Source of the DNA: an uncultured Melioribacter sp. | Lineage (GTDB): Bacteria > Bacteroidota > Ignavibacteria > Kapaibacteriales > Kapaibacteriaceae | Reading direction: 5' to 3' | Assembly (NCBI GenBank): GCA_964393485.1 | Contig: CAYMTW010000001.1 | Location: forward strand, 64,832-128,831 | Length of the DNA stretch: 64,000 nucleotides | Part shown: positions 18,976 through 27,300 of the stretch, piece by piece | How positions within the stretch are numbered: the stretch's first letter is position 1 | Layout: each line of letters begins with the position of its first letter | Made by a program: the position numbers and the translations under genes | The notes under the pieces: model-generated | Seen by the model: only the letters and a program-made list of their open reading frames with translations | The model's database searches: none | Told to the model about the DNA's origin: nothing

Positions 18976-19550
18976 TCATTGCATTGAATAAGCCCTGGGG
19001 CGTGCTGTCACAGTTCACACCAGAGCCGGGAAGTCGGTACTCGACACTTGACCAGTTTGGTCTGCCTGAACACGTGTATCCGATCGGACGCCTTGATGCC
19101 GACAGCGAGGGCCTTCTTCTGCTGAGTGATGAAAAGGCGCTAGTATCTCGCCTTCTTGAACCAGTTCACGCCCATCAACGTACATATTGGGTGCAAGTCG
19201 AGGGTATTCCCGCTGCAGAGTCATTGCATGTTCTGGAAACTGGTGTCGACCTCAAGGGAACCATGACTTCTCCCTGCAAAGTCCGGTTCCTTCAACCGGA
19301 ACCACAGGTCTGGCAACGCACACCGCCAATTCGGAATCGTAAGTCAATACCGACATCGTGGTTGGAACTGACGCTCACGGAGGGTAGGAACCGACAAGTC
19401 CGCCGCATGACGGCCAAGGTAGGACACCCTACGTTGCGTCTGATCCGCGTCTCGAGCGGGGGCCTAGGACTTGATGTTCTTGAGCTAGGATCAGGAGCTT
19501 GGCGCATCCTGGGTGCTGACCAACGAGCTCTTCTTTTTCAAAGTCGTTAG
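18972..19550 (+). CDS. rluE: 23S rRNA pseudouridine synthase RluE-like (no S4 domain)
   Basis: Catalytic GRLDADSEGLLLLS; long match to the remembered E. coli RluE segment PPIR.RKSIPTSWL..TL.EGRNRQVRRMTA.VG.PTLRLIR. Confidence 0.85.
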   Translation: MIIALNKPWGVLSQFTPEPGSRYSTLDQFGLPEHVYPIGRLDADSEGLLLLSDEKALVSRLLEPVHAHQRTYWVQVEGIPAAESLHVLETGVDLKGTMTSPCKVRFLQPEPQVWQRTPPIRNRKSIPTSWLELTLTEGRNRQVRRMTAKVGHPTLRLIRVSSGGLGLDVLELGSGAWRILGADQRALLFQSR

Positions 19551-21824
19551 CGCACGTCCGATCGAAAGTCCAAAGCCGGCAACCATGGCGATCACGCCAA
19601 ACCAGACCAACGATATAAGGGGCTTATCACTGAACTCGACTGTGAACTCTTCACGCCCCACCGGCATCGGTTTTGCGGTGTCGTAGAACGCCAACGTGCC
19701 TGTTGACTTCGTCGGATCATCGTTGTTGCGTTGAATCTCAACGAGTCCAACTGCATACGTTGATCCAGGAAGCGTCTGCCAGACGGGATCGAACATCGGC
19801 CCTGAACTTCCGGTGGTGATCCTGGTGAGAAGGCGCAGATCACCGCGCTGCATCCCATACGGGTCAGTAACCTTGACGATGCCGGCCATTTGCATGCGAC
19901 CATCTGCAGATGCCCCTTCCTCCATTGGCATTGTAAACCGCTCGAGCAAGAGTCGCATGGAGGAGTCTATCGGAGCCGTGATCGTGGTTCCGCGCATGAC
20001 AACGGTCGAGTAGAAGACATCCTCCCGCCCGGTTGCCTTCGGTGAAACATAAAGGTCTGTGGTTAGACCCCATGCAATTCCCGGCTCCAGGAATGCCGAC
20101 TGACGCTGATTGAAATCACTCCAATAGAGGACTGGAGCAACCACGCGACGTTTACCGTCACGCTCGATACGAACGTAATACCTGAACTTCTCACGATCCT
20201 TGAACTGGCGTTCAACCTGTTCCTTGCCGAGATACGTTAGAGTGTACGGCCCAACCTGCTTGGGGAGTCCATGCAGCAAAACGGCGTGGTAACTCGTTGA
20301 ATACGAGGAGGTGCAGATAACACCAAACATGAGCATGGCAATGCCCATGTGTGAAACGTAGGCACCGATCATTGCCGGACCAGATCGTAGGAGACGAAGT
20401 GCCTCGCGCAGGTTCACGGCCAATGAGAACCATGCGGCAAACCCAAGGGCAAGTGGCCAGAGTGAACGGATGCCAAAGGCAAACAAGAGCGCCATCCCCC
20501 CAGCGGCTACGAGCACTGACGGTAACAAACCACGGCGCAGTCGATCAGCCGATGTTGAGCGCCAGAGAACGACCAAAGAAACGCCATTGACCAGAAGAAC
20601 TGCAGGCACGAGCCATTGATGGATCTGGTTGTAGAAGTCAACGGCTACGGCAACTTTAGGAAGTCCAAGCACCTCCATGATCACGGGCCATGATGTCCCG
20701 ACGGTAATGAAGATGGCACTGGCCATGGTCAGAGAGGCACCAATCGAGAGCATGAACTCGCGCGTCGTCGGTGCGAACTCTTCCTTACTCACATTCATGT
20801 CTCGCCGACGCAGAAGCACGAGTCCCGCACCTATCAGAACAAAGACCACCATAAACGCCAGCAGGATCCAGAAGGCGAACTTCCCAGGGTCAACAAACGA
20901 GTGTACCGACGTGTCACCAAGCACGCCACTTCGTGTCAGAAAGGTCGAGTACAACACCATCACAAAGCTGACCACGGCCAATATCATGTTAGTCTTGACA
21001 AGGCCTCTTGTACGCTTCTGAACAAGCATTGTGTGAACCAGTGCTACCACAACGAGCCACGGGATCAGCGATGAGTTCTCTACTGGGTCCCAACCCCAGA
21101 ATCCTCCCCAACCAAGAGTTTCATACGCCCAAAAGCCCCCTAACATGATGCCGAAGCCAAGCACGGCAGTACCAAACAGGGTCCATGGAAGGGCAATTTC
21201 GATCCAGCGGTGGTACTCGCGTCGGACTAGTCCAGCCATGGCAAATGCAAAGCTTACGGACATCGAGGCAAAGCCTGTGAAAAGGATCGGAGGATGAATT
21301 GTGATCCAAGCGTTATGCAGCAGCGGATTCAATCCTCGACCGTTTTCGGGAATATCAGCTGACGTGATACCGCTGGCTGCGAAGGACTCGTAGTAGTAGG
21401 CAAAGGGATTCTTTGCCACAAGCAGGAGCGTTAGAAAGCTGAGAATCAGTCCATAGAAGAGCATCACGGCTGATTCATAGCCATGACGCAGAGCATAGGG
21501 CTGCAAGAAACTGCCGATTCCCGCAACTAGAAGTGTCCATAACAGGATGCTACCCTCCTGACCCGAATAAAAGCAGGCAACTAGAAGATGCAGTGGCAGT
21601 TCCTTGGAGGAGTAGTTCCAGACGTAGGTATATCCGAACTGATGTGTGACGATGAGATAGACCAAGCCAATCGCTGAGACAACGAGTCCGCCTGTCATGA
21701 TTCGGAATAGCCACCGCCCTGTCGTTGCCAAAAGGTCCGAACCATTGCGCAGTGCCAGGGCGTAGAGTACCGTACAGGACACTGCCAGACCGAAGAGTAA
21801 ATGGATGCCCAGTTGTCCGATCAT
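19491..21824 (-). CDS. ccmF: cytochrome c-type biogenesis heme lyase CcmF
   Basis: Polytopic 777-aa protein with WWD-type motif WGGFWGWDPVENSSLIPW; sits directly after ccmE in the ccm cluster. Confidence 0.9.
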   Translation of the reverse strand: MIGQLGIHLLFGLAVSCTVLYALALRNGSDLLATTGRWLFRIMTGGLVVSAIGLVYLIVTHQFGYTYVWNYSSKELPLHLLVACFYSGQEGSILLWTLLVAGIGSFLQPYALRHGYESAVMLFYGLILSFLTLLLVAKNPFAYYYESFAASGITSADIPENGRGLNPLLHNAWITIHPPILFTGFASMSVSFAFAMAGLVRREYHRWIEIALPWTLFGTAVLGFGIMLGGFWAYETLGWGGFWGWDPVENSSLIPWLVVVALVHTMLVQKRTRGLVKTNMILAVVSFVMVLYSTFLTRSGVLGDTSVHSFVDPGKFAFWILLAFMVVFVLIGAGLVLLRRRDMNVSKEEFAPTTREFMLSIGASLTMASAIFITVGTSWPVIMEVLGLPKVAVAVDFYNQIHQWLVPAVLLVNGVSLVVLWRSTSADRLRRGLLPSVLVAAGGMALLFAFGIRSLWPLALGFAAWFSLAVNLREALRLLRSGPAMIGAYVSHMGIAMLMFGVICTSSYSTSYHAVLLHGLPKQVGPYTLTYLGKEQVERQFKDREKFRYYVRIERDGKRRVVAPVLYWSDFNQRQSAFLEPGIAWGLTTDLYVSPKATGREDVFYSTVVMRGTTITAPIDSSMRLLLERFTMPMEEGASADGRMQMAGIVKVTDPYGMQRGDLRLLTRITTGSSGPMFDPVWQTLPGSTYAVGLVEIQRNNDDPTKSTGTLAFYDTAKPMPVGREEFTVEFSDKPLISLVWFGVIAMVAGFGLSIGRALTTLKKKSSLVSTQDAPSS

Positions 21825-22174
21825 GGAAACAGAACCTGCGTTGCGTGAAAGATCGGCGAATCCCCACCATGAACGTGCCCGACAAATCGGACCCGATTTC
21901 CTGATTGAAGGGGGCGTGATGGAGCTGAGCCAGTGTATTGAATACTGAATGGTCGTCCAGTAACATCAGTTGCTGCAATGGCCGACAAATCAGCAGCATC
22001 GACAACCACGACGTCCATCAGGACCTTGGAGGCAGGATCGGACTCACTCGTGTGCTGGGTCTTTTCGATCGCCTCAGAAAATGATACACTGGGTGGCTGA
22101 CCGTATTGAATGGCCAGGTACACGATCACCGGGACACTCAAGAGCGTGCCGGCAATGATGATCTTGCGAATCAC
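21821..22174 (-). CDS. CcmE-like OB-fold membrane-anchored protein lacking the heme-binding motif (truncated paralogue)
   Basis: N-terminal TM IIIAGTLLSVPVIVYLAI. Its C-terminal part aligns by eye with the adjacent CcmE (G..P....G..P...V..G....F.A..VL) but ends at ...ATQVLFP. GTG start overlaps the ccmE stop. Confidence 0.5.
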   Translation of the reverse strand: MIRKIIIAGTLLSVPVIVYLAIQYGQPPSVSFSEAIEKTQHTSESDPASKVLMDVVVVDAADLSAIAATDVTGRPFSIQYTGSAPSRPLQSGNRVRFVGHVHGGDSPIFHATQVLFP

Positions 22175-22575
22175 TGCTCTGCCTGTCCCTCATACTTGGA
22201 AGGACACTTCGTCAAAACAGCGGATGCTTTGAATACTCCGTCCTCCATGCGCCCCTTTGCCACGACACTCACGGCAATCTCGAAGTTGTTTGGCTTGGCT
22301 CCGCTCAGTATGACGGGAACGATCTTCCCCTGCTGATCCTTGAGCGAGAACGAAAAGAGATTTCGGTGCTGATCGTACTCCATACCTCGCTCCTTGACCC
22401 ACGTGCCGACAATCTGTACGGTCTTGCCCAGCTGCTCGGCGCGATCGACATTGGTGTACTCAACTGAGCTTGACATCAGGGCGGACACCCCAAGTGCGGC
22501 AAACCCAACAATCACCAACGAGGCAATGACGAGCTTCCAAGGAAAGGTGCGGTTGGTAGATGATGTTGTATGCAT
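22171..22575 (-). CDS. ccmE: cytochrome c maturation heme chaperone CcmE, Cys-type (CXXXY) variant
   Basis: TM anchor WKLVIASLVIVGFAALGVSALM, OB-fold-like body, and C-terminal VLTKCPSKYE aligning with canonical VLAKHDENY. Start set to ATG 22575 (MHTTSS); the ORF is open to 22686. Confidence 0.8.
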   Translation of the reverse strand: MHTTSSTNRTFPWKLVIASLVIVGFAALGVSALMSSSVEYTNVDRAEQLGKTVQIVGTWVKERGMEYDQHRNLFSFSLKDQQGKIVPVILSGAKPNNFEIAVSVVAKGRMEDGVFKASAVLTKCPSKYEGQAEQ

Positions 22576-22582
22576 GGCGTTG

Positions 22583-22717
22583 TTAACGATCGACGGACTT
22601 TTCAAGTTCACCGACGCGTGTGTCAATACGCTGCAGGTACAGCGCAATACCACCCCAGAGCACAAGGATCGTGACGAGCACGACATACATGGGATTCTGC
22701 GAGAGAAATTCGATCAT
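22583..22717 (-). CDS. ccmD: CcmD-like small membrane protein (44 aa; below the ORF-track cutoff)
   Basis: Hand translation gives MIEFLSQNPMYVVLVTILVLWGGIALYLQRIDTRVGELEKSVDR. It has a single TM helix followed by a charged tail. The ATG overlaps the ccmC stop (ATGA), and it lies between ccmC and ccmE. Confidence 0.6.
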   Translation of the reverse strand: MIEFLSQNPMYVVLVTILVLWGGIALYLQRIDTRVGELEKSVDR

Positions 22718-23751
22718 GCTGACTCCAATGATTCAGCATGGTGGCGTTCTGCACGCGCTATGCGCACGCGTAGATTCACCAGCCACGCAAAGACCATGGT
22801 AAAGGAAAAGAGTGCGAGGCCGAAAACGGCATTCTTCGTAGGATTGATCGCATCAGACCGCGGACTTAACAGTGGTCCGATGTTGGAATCGTCAGCGCTT
22901 CCCGGATGCAGACCCGGTAGAAGTCGTGGTAAGACAAACATGAGAAATGGTACGGTTGCAAAGGCAACGATCGCATACACTGCCGCCAGACGCGCGCGTC
23001 GTTGTTCATCGTCGATGGATGAACGCAGCAGAAAGTAGGCAGCATAGATCAGTAGCAACAGAAGTATCGACGTCTGGCGGGGATCCCAGTTCCAGAATGT
23101 GCCCCAGTTGAATTTTGCCCACACCGCACCTGTGGTGGTAGCCAATATTGTGAACAGAGTGCCGACAGAGGCAGTTGCTGCGGACATCTCATCATGAGCG
23201 ATCTGCCCCGTTCGAAGGTATCGTATAGCCGCGATCATCGCCAGGCAATAGGCAATAACAGCGCACCACGACATCGGGACATGGAAAAAGAGAATCCGAG
23301 CCCGCTCATCAAGCCCGACGATGTACGGCATGGTCAGAACAGGGTCCACCACCGAGATATCGAGTACCTCAAACGAACGATCGCTATCTAGGCGACGTAA
23401 CCGAGCGATGACCGCCGTGGATGGGTCGATAGATCGCAAGGTCGCACGAACCGCATCCGATGCGGCGTACGAGACGTTTACTCGTGCATCGCGGGCATCA
23501 TGGAGCTCGCTGGTCGAGGCATCGACACGAACAAGCGTAGGAACTGCCTTTGTGGAGTCAGCCCGGTGTTGAACGACGACATCTGTAATGCTTCCGGCTA
23601 GCGGCGGGAATATCCCAAGGATACACGTCACGGCCACAGATGCTATGATGAGCAACCGCCACCAGAGAGGCTTTGCCTCATCGATACGTCCCGGGCGGTA
23701 CATCAGCACCAGAGCACTGATGACGCCAGCCAGCATGATCACGAATTTCAT
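22714..23751 (-). CDS. ccmC: heme exporter/heme-delivery protein CcmC with N-terminal extension
   Basis: WWD motif WGTFWNWDPRQTS and conserved FFHVP His; 345 aa versus ~245 aa for the classical protein. Confidence 0.85.
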   Translation of the reverse strand: MKFVIMLAGVISALVLMYRPGRIDEAKPLWWRLLIIASVAVTCILGIFPPLAGSITDVVVQHRADSTKAVPTLVRVDASTSELHDARDARVNVSYAASDAVRATLRSIDPSTAVIARLRRLDSDRSFEVLDISVVDPVLTMPYIVGLDERARILFFHVPMSWCAVIAYCLAMIAAIRYLRTGQIAHDEMSAATASVGTLFTILATTTGAVWAKFNWGTFWNWDPRQTSILLLLLIYAAYFLLRSSIDDEQRRARLAAVYAIVAFATVPFLMFVLPRLLPGLHPGSADDSNIGPLLSPRSDAINPTKNAVFGLALFSFTMVFAWLVNLRVRIARAERHHAESLESA

Positions 23752-23790
23752 TGCGCGAAGTTACGGCGAAGCAAATCAGTTATGACAGGT

Positions 23791-24195
23791 TCATTCGGCG
23801 GTGAAACAAACACCGGTTGCTCGCAATTCGGGGATGCGGCTGCGTCCAATGATGGTATCTCGCACTCTGCCCTTGACTCGTACCCTGCTCCCCTTGGAAA
23901 TGACAGGTATTCCCAGACCATTCTCATCGACGTAGCGGACCGTTAACTCACGCGATCTGTCGGAAACAATGAACCAGCATCCCTCGTCACGACACACATC
24001 GTGAATATGACCCTCGATCACAACAGTCTTTCCGAGCGAACGGCGCTCGAATGCCTCTGAGAGGGTCACTGTCGGGCCATCGACATCGCCACCGAAAGAG
24101 GTTTGATCAGCGCATCCAACGACCATACAGCACAAGGCACAGGCCACGATCAGGCATGGTAGTCGGGCAAAACGAGATGGCGACGGTTTGTACAT
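23791..24195 (-). CDS. DUF4920-like lipoprotein with CX4CW motif
   Basis: Lipobox MVVGC with ATG 24195 (MYKPSP...); conserved-looking HDVCRDEGCWF. The alternative upstream ATG at 24231 lies inside the tRNA terminator hairpin. Confidence 0.6.
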   Translation of the reverse strand: MYKPSPSRFARLPCLIVACALCCMVVGCADQTSFGGDVDGPTVTLSEAFERRSLGKTVVIEGHIHDVCRDEGCWFIVSDRSRELTVRYVDENGLGIPVISKGSRVRVKGRVRDTIIGRSRIPELRATGVCFTAE

Positions 24196-24206
24196 GGATT
24201 TGGTAC

Positions 24207-24240
24207 GAAAAAGCCCCCTGACATATGGCATCAGGGGGCT
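24207..24240 (-). terminator. rho-independent terminator-like hairpin after tRNA-Thr
   Basis: Minus strand reads (A)GCCCCCTGA-TGCCATATG-TCAGGGGGC(T) followed by a T-run (TTTTT). The stem is 8-10 bp and G/C-rich. Confidence 0.6.
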
Positions 24241-24244
24241 GTCG

Positions 24245-24317
24245 AGCCAATGACCGGACTTGAACCGGTGACCTGCTCATTACGAATGAGCTGCTCTACC
24301 AGCTGAGCTACATTGGC
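24245..24317 (-). tRNA. tRNA-Thr (anticodon CGU)
   Basis: 73-nt cloverleaf folded by hand. Acceptor GCCAATG/CATTGGC, D stem GCTC/GAGC, anticodon stem GCTCA/TGAGC with loop TTCGTAA, T arm ACCGG-TTCAAGT-CCGGT. No encoded CCA. Confidence 0.95.
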
Positions 24318-24380
24318 GTTAGCGGAGGGCGAAAATACGCCAATGGCCAATGACGACCAAACGCCGCAACCGAGTAGAGA

Positions 24381-27300
24381 TCACCGATGAATGATGACGG
24401 GAACACTCAGCATACCGGACGAGGTTCGGGTGCGGAGCAGATAGATTCCATCAGGCAAATCTCTAACAGAAACAGACAAGACTTGCTCGCCAGAGGTCAG
24501 ATTCTGGGACGAAGATGAGGACACCAGTCTTCCCTGCAGATCGACGAACTCCATGGTAATCTGGTCATCATAGCGGGAACGTACCAACACAGAAACAACA
24601 TCACGTGCGGGTTGTGGCCCGATGATGCGGACCGACTGCCCATCCTGCTCGTCTTCATCCACAGATGTTCCGCCATTAATGCGCAACACTGCTGCCGCAG
24701 AACTCGTTGTACCGCATGCGCCAGTAATGTCGCAGGTGTAGGATCCCTCGTCAGCCTTGGTGGCGGCGGTAATAGTGAGTGTAGCAGATGTCGCACTGGC
24801 CAGTTTTGATCCATCTTTGTTCCACTGGTAGGTCAGCCCTGGACCTGTAGCTACGACGGACAGAGTCACCAGCTTGCCCTCATCGACTGACTGTCCCGAT
24901 GGTTGAGTCGTGATGACCGGCTTGGCTGATATCGTAACAGTTGCTGGCTGTGATGTAACGGCAGGCGGACAGTCGCCGGTAATCACACAATCATAACGAC
25001 CAGCCATGGCTGCCGTGGCATTGTCGGCTGAATACGTTGGGCTTGTTGCACCGGCAATGTTGACACCGTCTTTACGCCAATGGTACTTTGCAGCGACACT
25101 GGAAGCCGTGACTGACAGTGTGAGAGTAGCCCCTTCGCAGACCGTTGTTGCTGCTGGCTGCTTCGTTATCGTCGGAGCGATGTCGATCATAAATGGCGTA
25201 GTGAGTTCGCTCACGTGCCCGTTGACCGTTGAGATACGGATCCTGTAGGAACCAGCCACGGCGTTCGTAGGGATCTTCCACAGGTAGGAACGTCCGCCAA
25301 TGCTCTTAACCACATCTGCCCATTTGCCAGATCCTTCCAGTGAGTACTCGATACGGAACTTGGTAGTATCAGATACCCCCGAGGCATCCCATGCAAGGGG
25401 CTTGCTTGCTCCAACACAATACACTTCCCCACCTTTGGGTGTGACAATCTCAAGGATCCCAGGAGAGAATTTTGTGAGGTATCCATCGGAACCACCTATG
25501 CGCTTGCTGTAGGCGGAGTCGTGCGTGCGGAGATTACCAGATGTCGTGTTAGCAGCAAGTAGTGCATCGCCTCGGAAGTCGAGCAGATAATCCACCACGG
25601 TATCCGCTTCAAGCCCCGTGAGCAAACTCGATTGCGAAACAGAAGCAAAGTTCATCATCGAAAAGAAACCATCTGTGACACCGAAGCGTTCCGTCATGGC
25701 ACCTACACCTTCGATCGGGAAATCCATTGAGTTCGTGGCACCACCGATGAGGAACGCCGAGGTGCGTCCACTAGGACGCACGGAGCGAATGATGTCGTCG
25801 CCATTGCCGCCAAAGTACGTACCGTTAAGAACCTGGGTTCCGTTATTGGCCATCTGTATCACGAAACCGTCCTGTTTGCCTAGGGCTGTTGGGTATATAG
25901 AACCGGATGTGGGCAGATTTGTTGATGTCGTGTTGCCACCAACATAGATCTTGCCATCGTCATCAAGCCACATGGCCGTTGGCTCTTCTTCCTTGTTTCC
26001 ACCGAGCAAAGTTGCAAACGTGATGCCATCGGTTTGTGAGAATGTAAGACCACTACTCATCTTCAGTACAAAAGCATCCGTCGTGCCTCCATTGAACGTA
26101 CGATCGTATGGGGCGCGTCCGCTCCACGTGGCATGGGCAACAGGAATCGCCTCAAAGCCCGTGGAAGTCGTCGTTCCGGTAAGGACAACATAACCAAGGC
26201 CGTCAACCGCAACCTTGGTAAAGATCTCGTTGCCCCCTTGACCATAAAATCTCGAGCGTTGCATGCTGCCCGTGGGAGAGTAGATGGCCACAAAGCCATC
26301 GCTCTGCCCCATATTGAGGTTGCCGCTTGTAATAGTGACGGTTGTGGTCTTCGTGTCCCGACCTTCCTGGTACTGCCACGTGACATTAGCAGTGGCAGGC
26401 ATGTTGTTCGGGAAATTCGCCGTTGACAATGTTCCACCTGCGAGGTAGATCACTCCATTGGCATCAACTGCAATGCTTCGAGGTGAGTCATCCCTGTTGC
26501 CGCCATGGTAGAAGCCTGAAAGCAATTTCGTAAGTGTTGAATCAAGCCGAGCGACATAGGCATCGTATCCTGACTTAAGAGTCTTGAACTGCGCAGCAGG
26601 CGTTGTCGGCATATCCGTAGAATTCGTCTCCACGGCAATGTAGATGTTGTTGTCTTTGTCACGCGTGAGAGCCCGGACCCTATCTGTTCCTGAACCTCCG
26701 ATGAAGGTCATTGCTGATACCCGCTGGAACTTTGCGTCGCAGATCAGGATGAACGCATCATGATCTCCTTTGATGGTCTTGACGTATCCGCCTACGCCAG
26801 CCGGGAAATCCATCTGCGTGGTGGTGCCTGACACAACGAGAGACCCGTTGGGCATCATCTCCATGGCTGCAATGGCGTCGAACTGTGCTCCGCCAAGGTA
26901 TGACCCATACACAAACGAGCCAGCGCGAGTCGCATCCATTGTGGACTGACCCACGTCGCCCCTTCTGAGAATCGCAACCGTAGAAGCAAGGTGCTCATCT
27001 CCCTTTCTCAGCGATCGCATAACGCGACCATCGTCTGAGACCGACAGGTTGAGTACTGCACCGCTTTCAAACTGAAAAGCAACAGCATCACTGCGTGATG
27101 CTGTTGCAATCAATGGCGTGTTAGAGCCATTACGGAAGAATGTCAAAGTCGAGGCGTCCGATGGCACCGGGGTTTCAATGACGGTTGCGCCGGCAAAGTA
27201 CTCTTCGATAACGGTACCTGTGCGCCAGTCACCATCTGCAGTGTATTCATCAACGATCACACCGGTAGAGGTGATCCATACGTCAACGCCCTGCGTGTGG

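Noticed and set aside
22394-23038. 214-aa plus-strand ORF spanning ccmE/ccmD/ccmC on the opposite strand
   Set aside because: It crosses three well-supported minus-strand genes, has no motifs, and has an Arg/Ser/Thr-rich composition. It is an antisense shadow ORF.
24339-24352. Tandem GCCAATG GCCAATG just upstream of tRNA-Thr, identical to the tRNA acceptor arm; considered as a remnant att site of an integrated element
   Set aside because: Each copy is only 7 nt. It lies on the 5' side of the tRNA, whereas integrases usually duplicate the 3' part. No integrase, direct repeat partner or foreign-looking genes are nearby.
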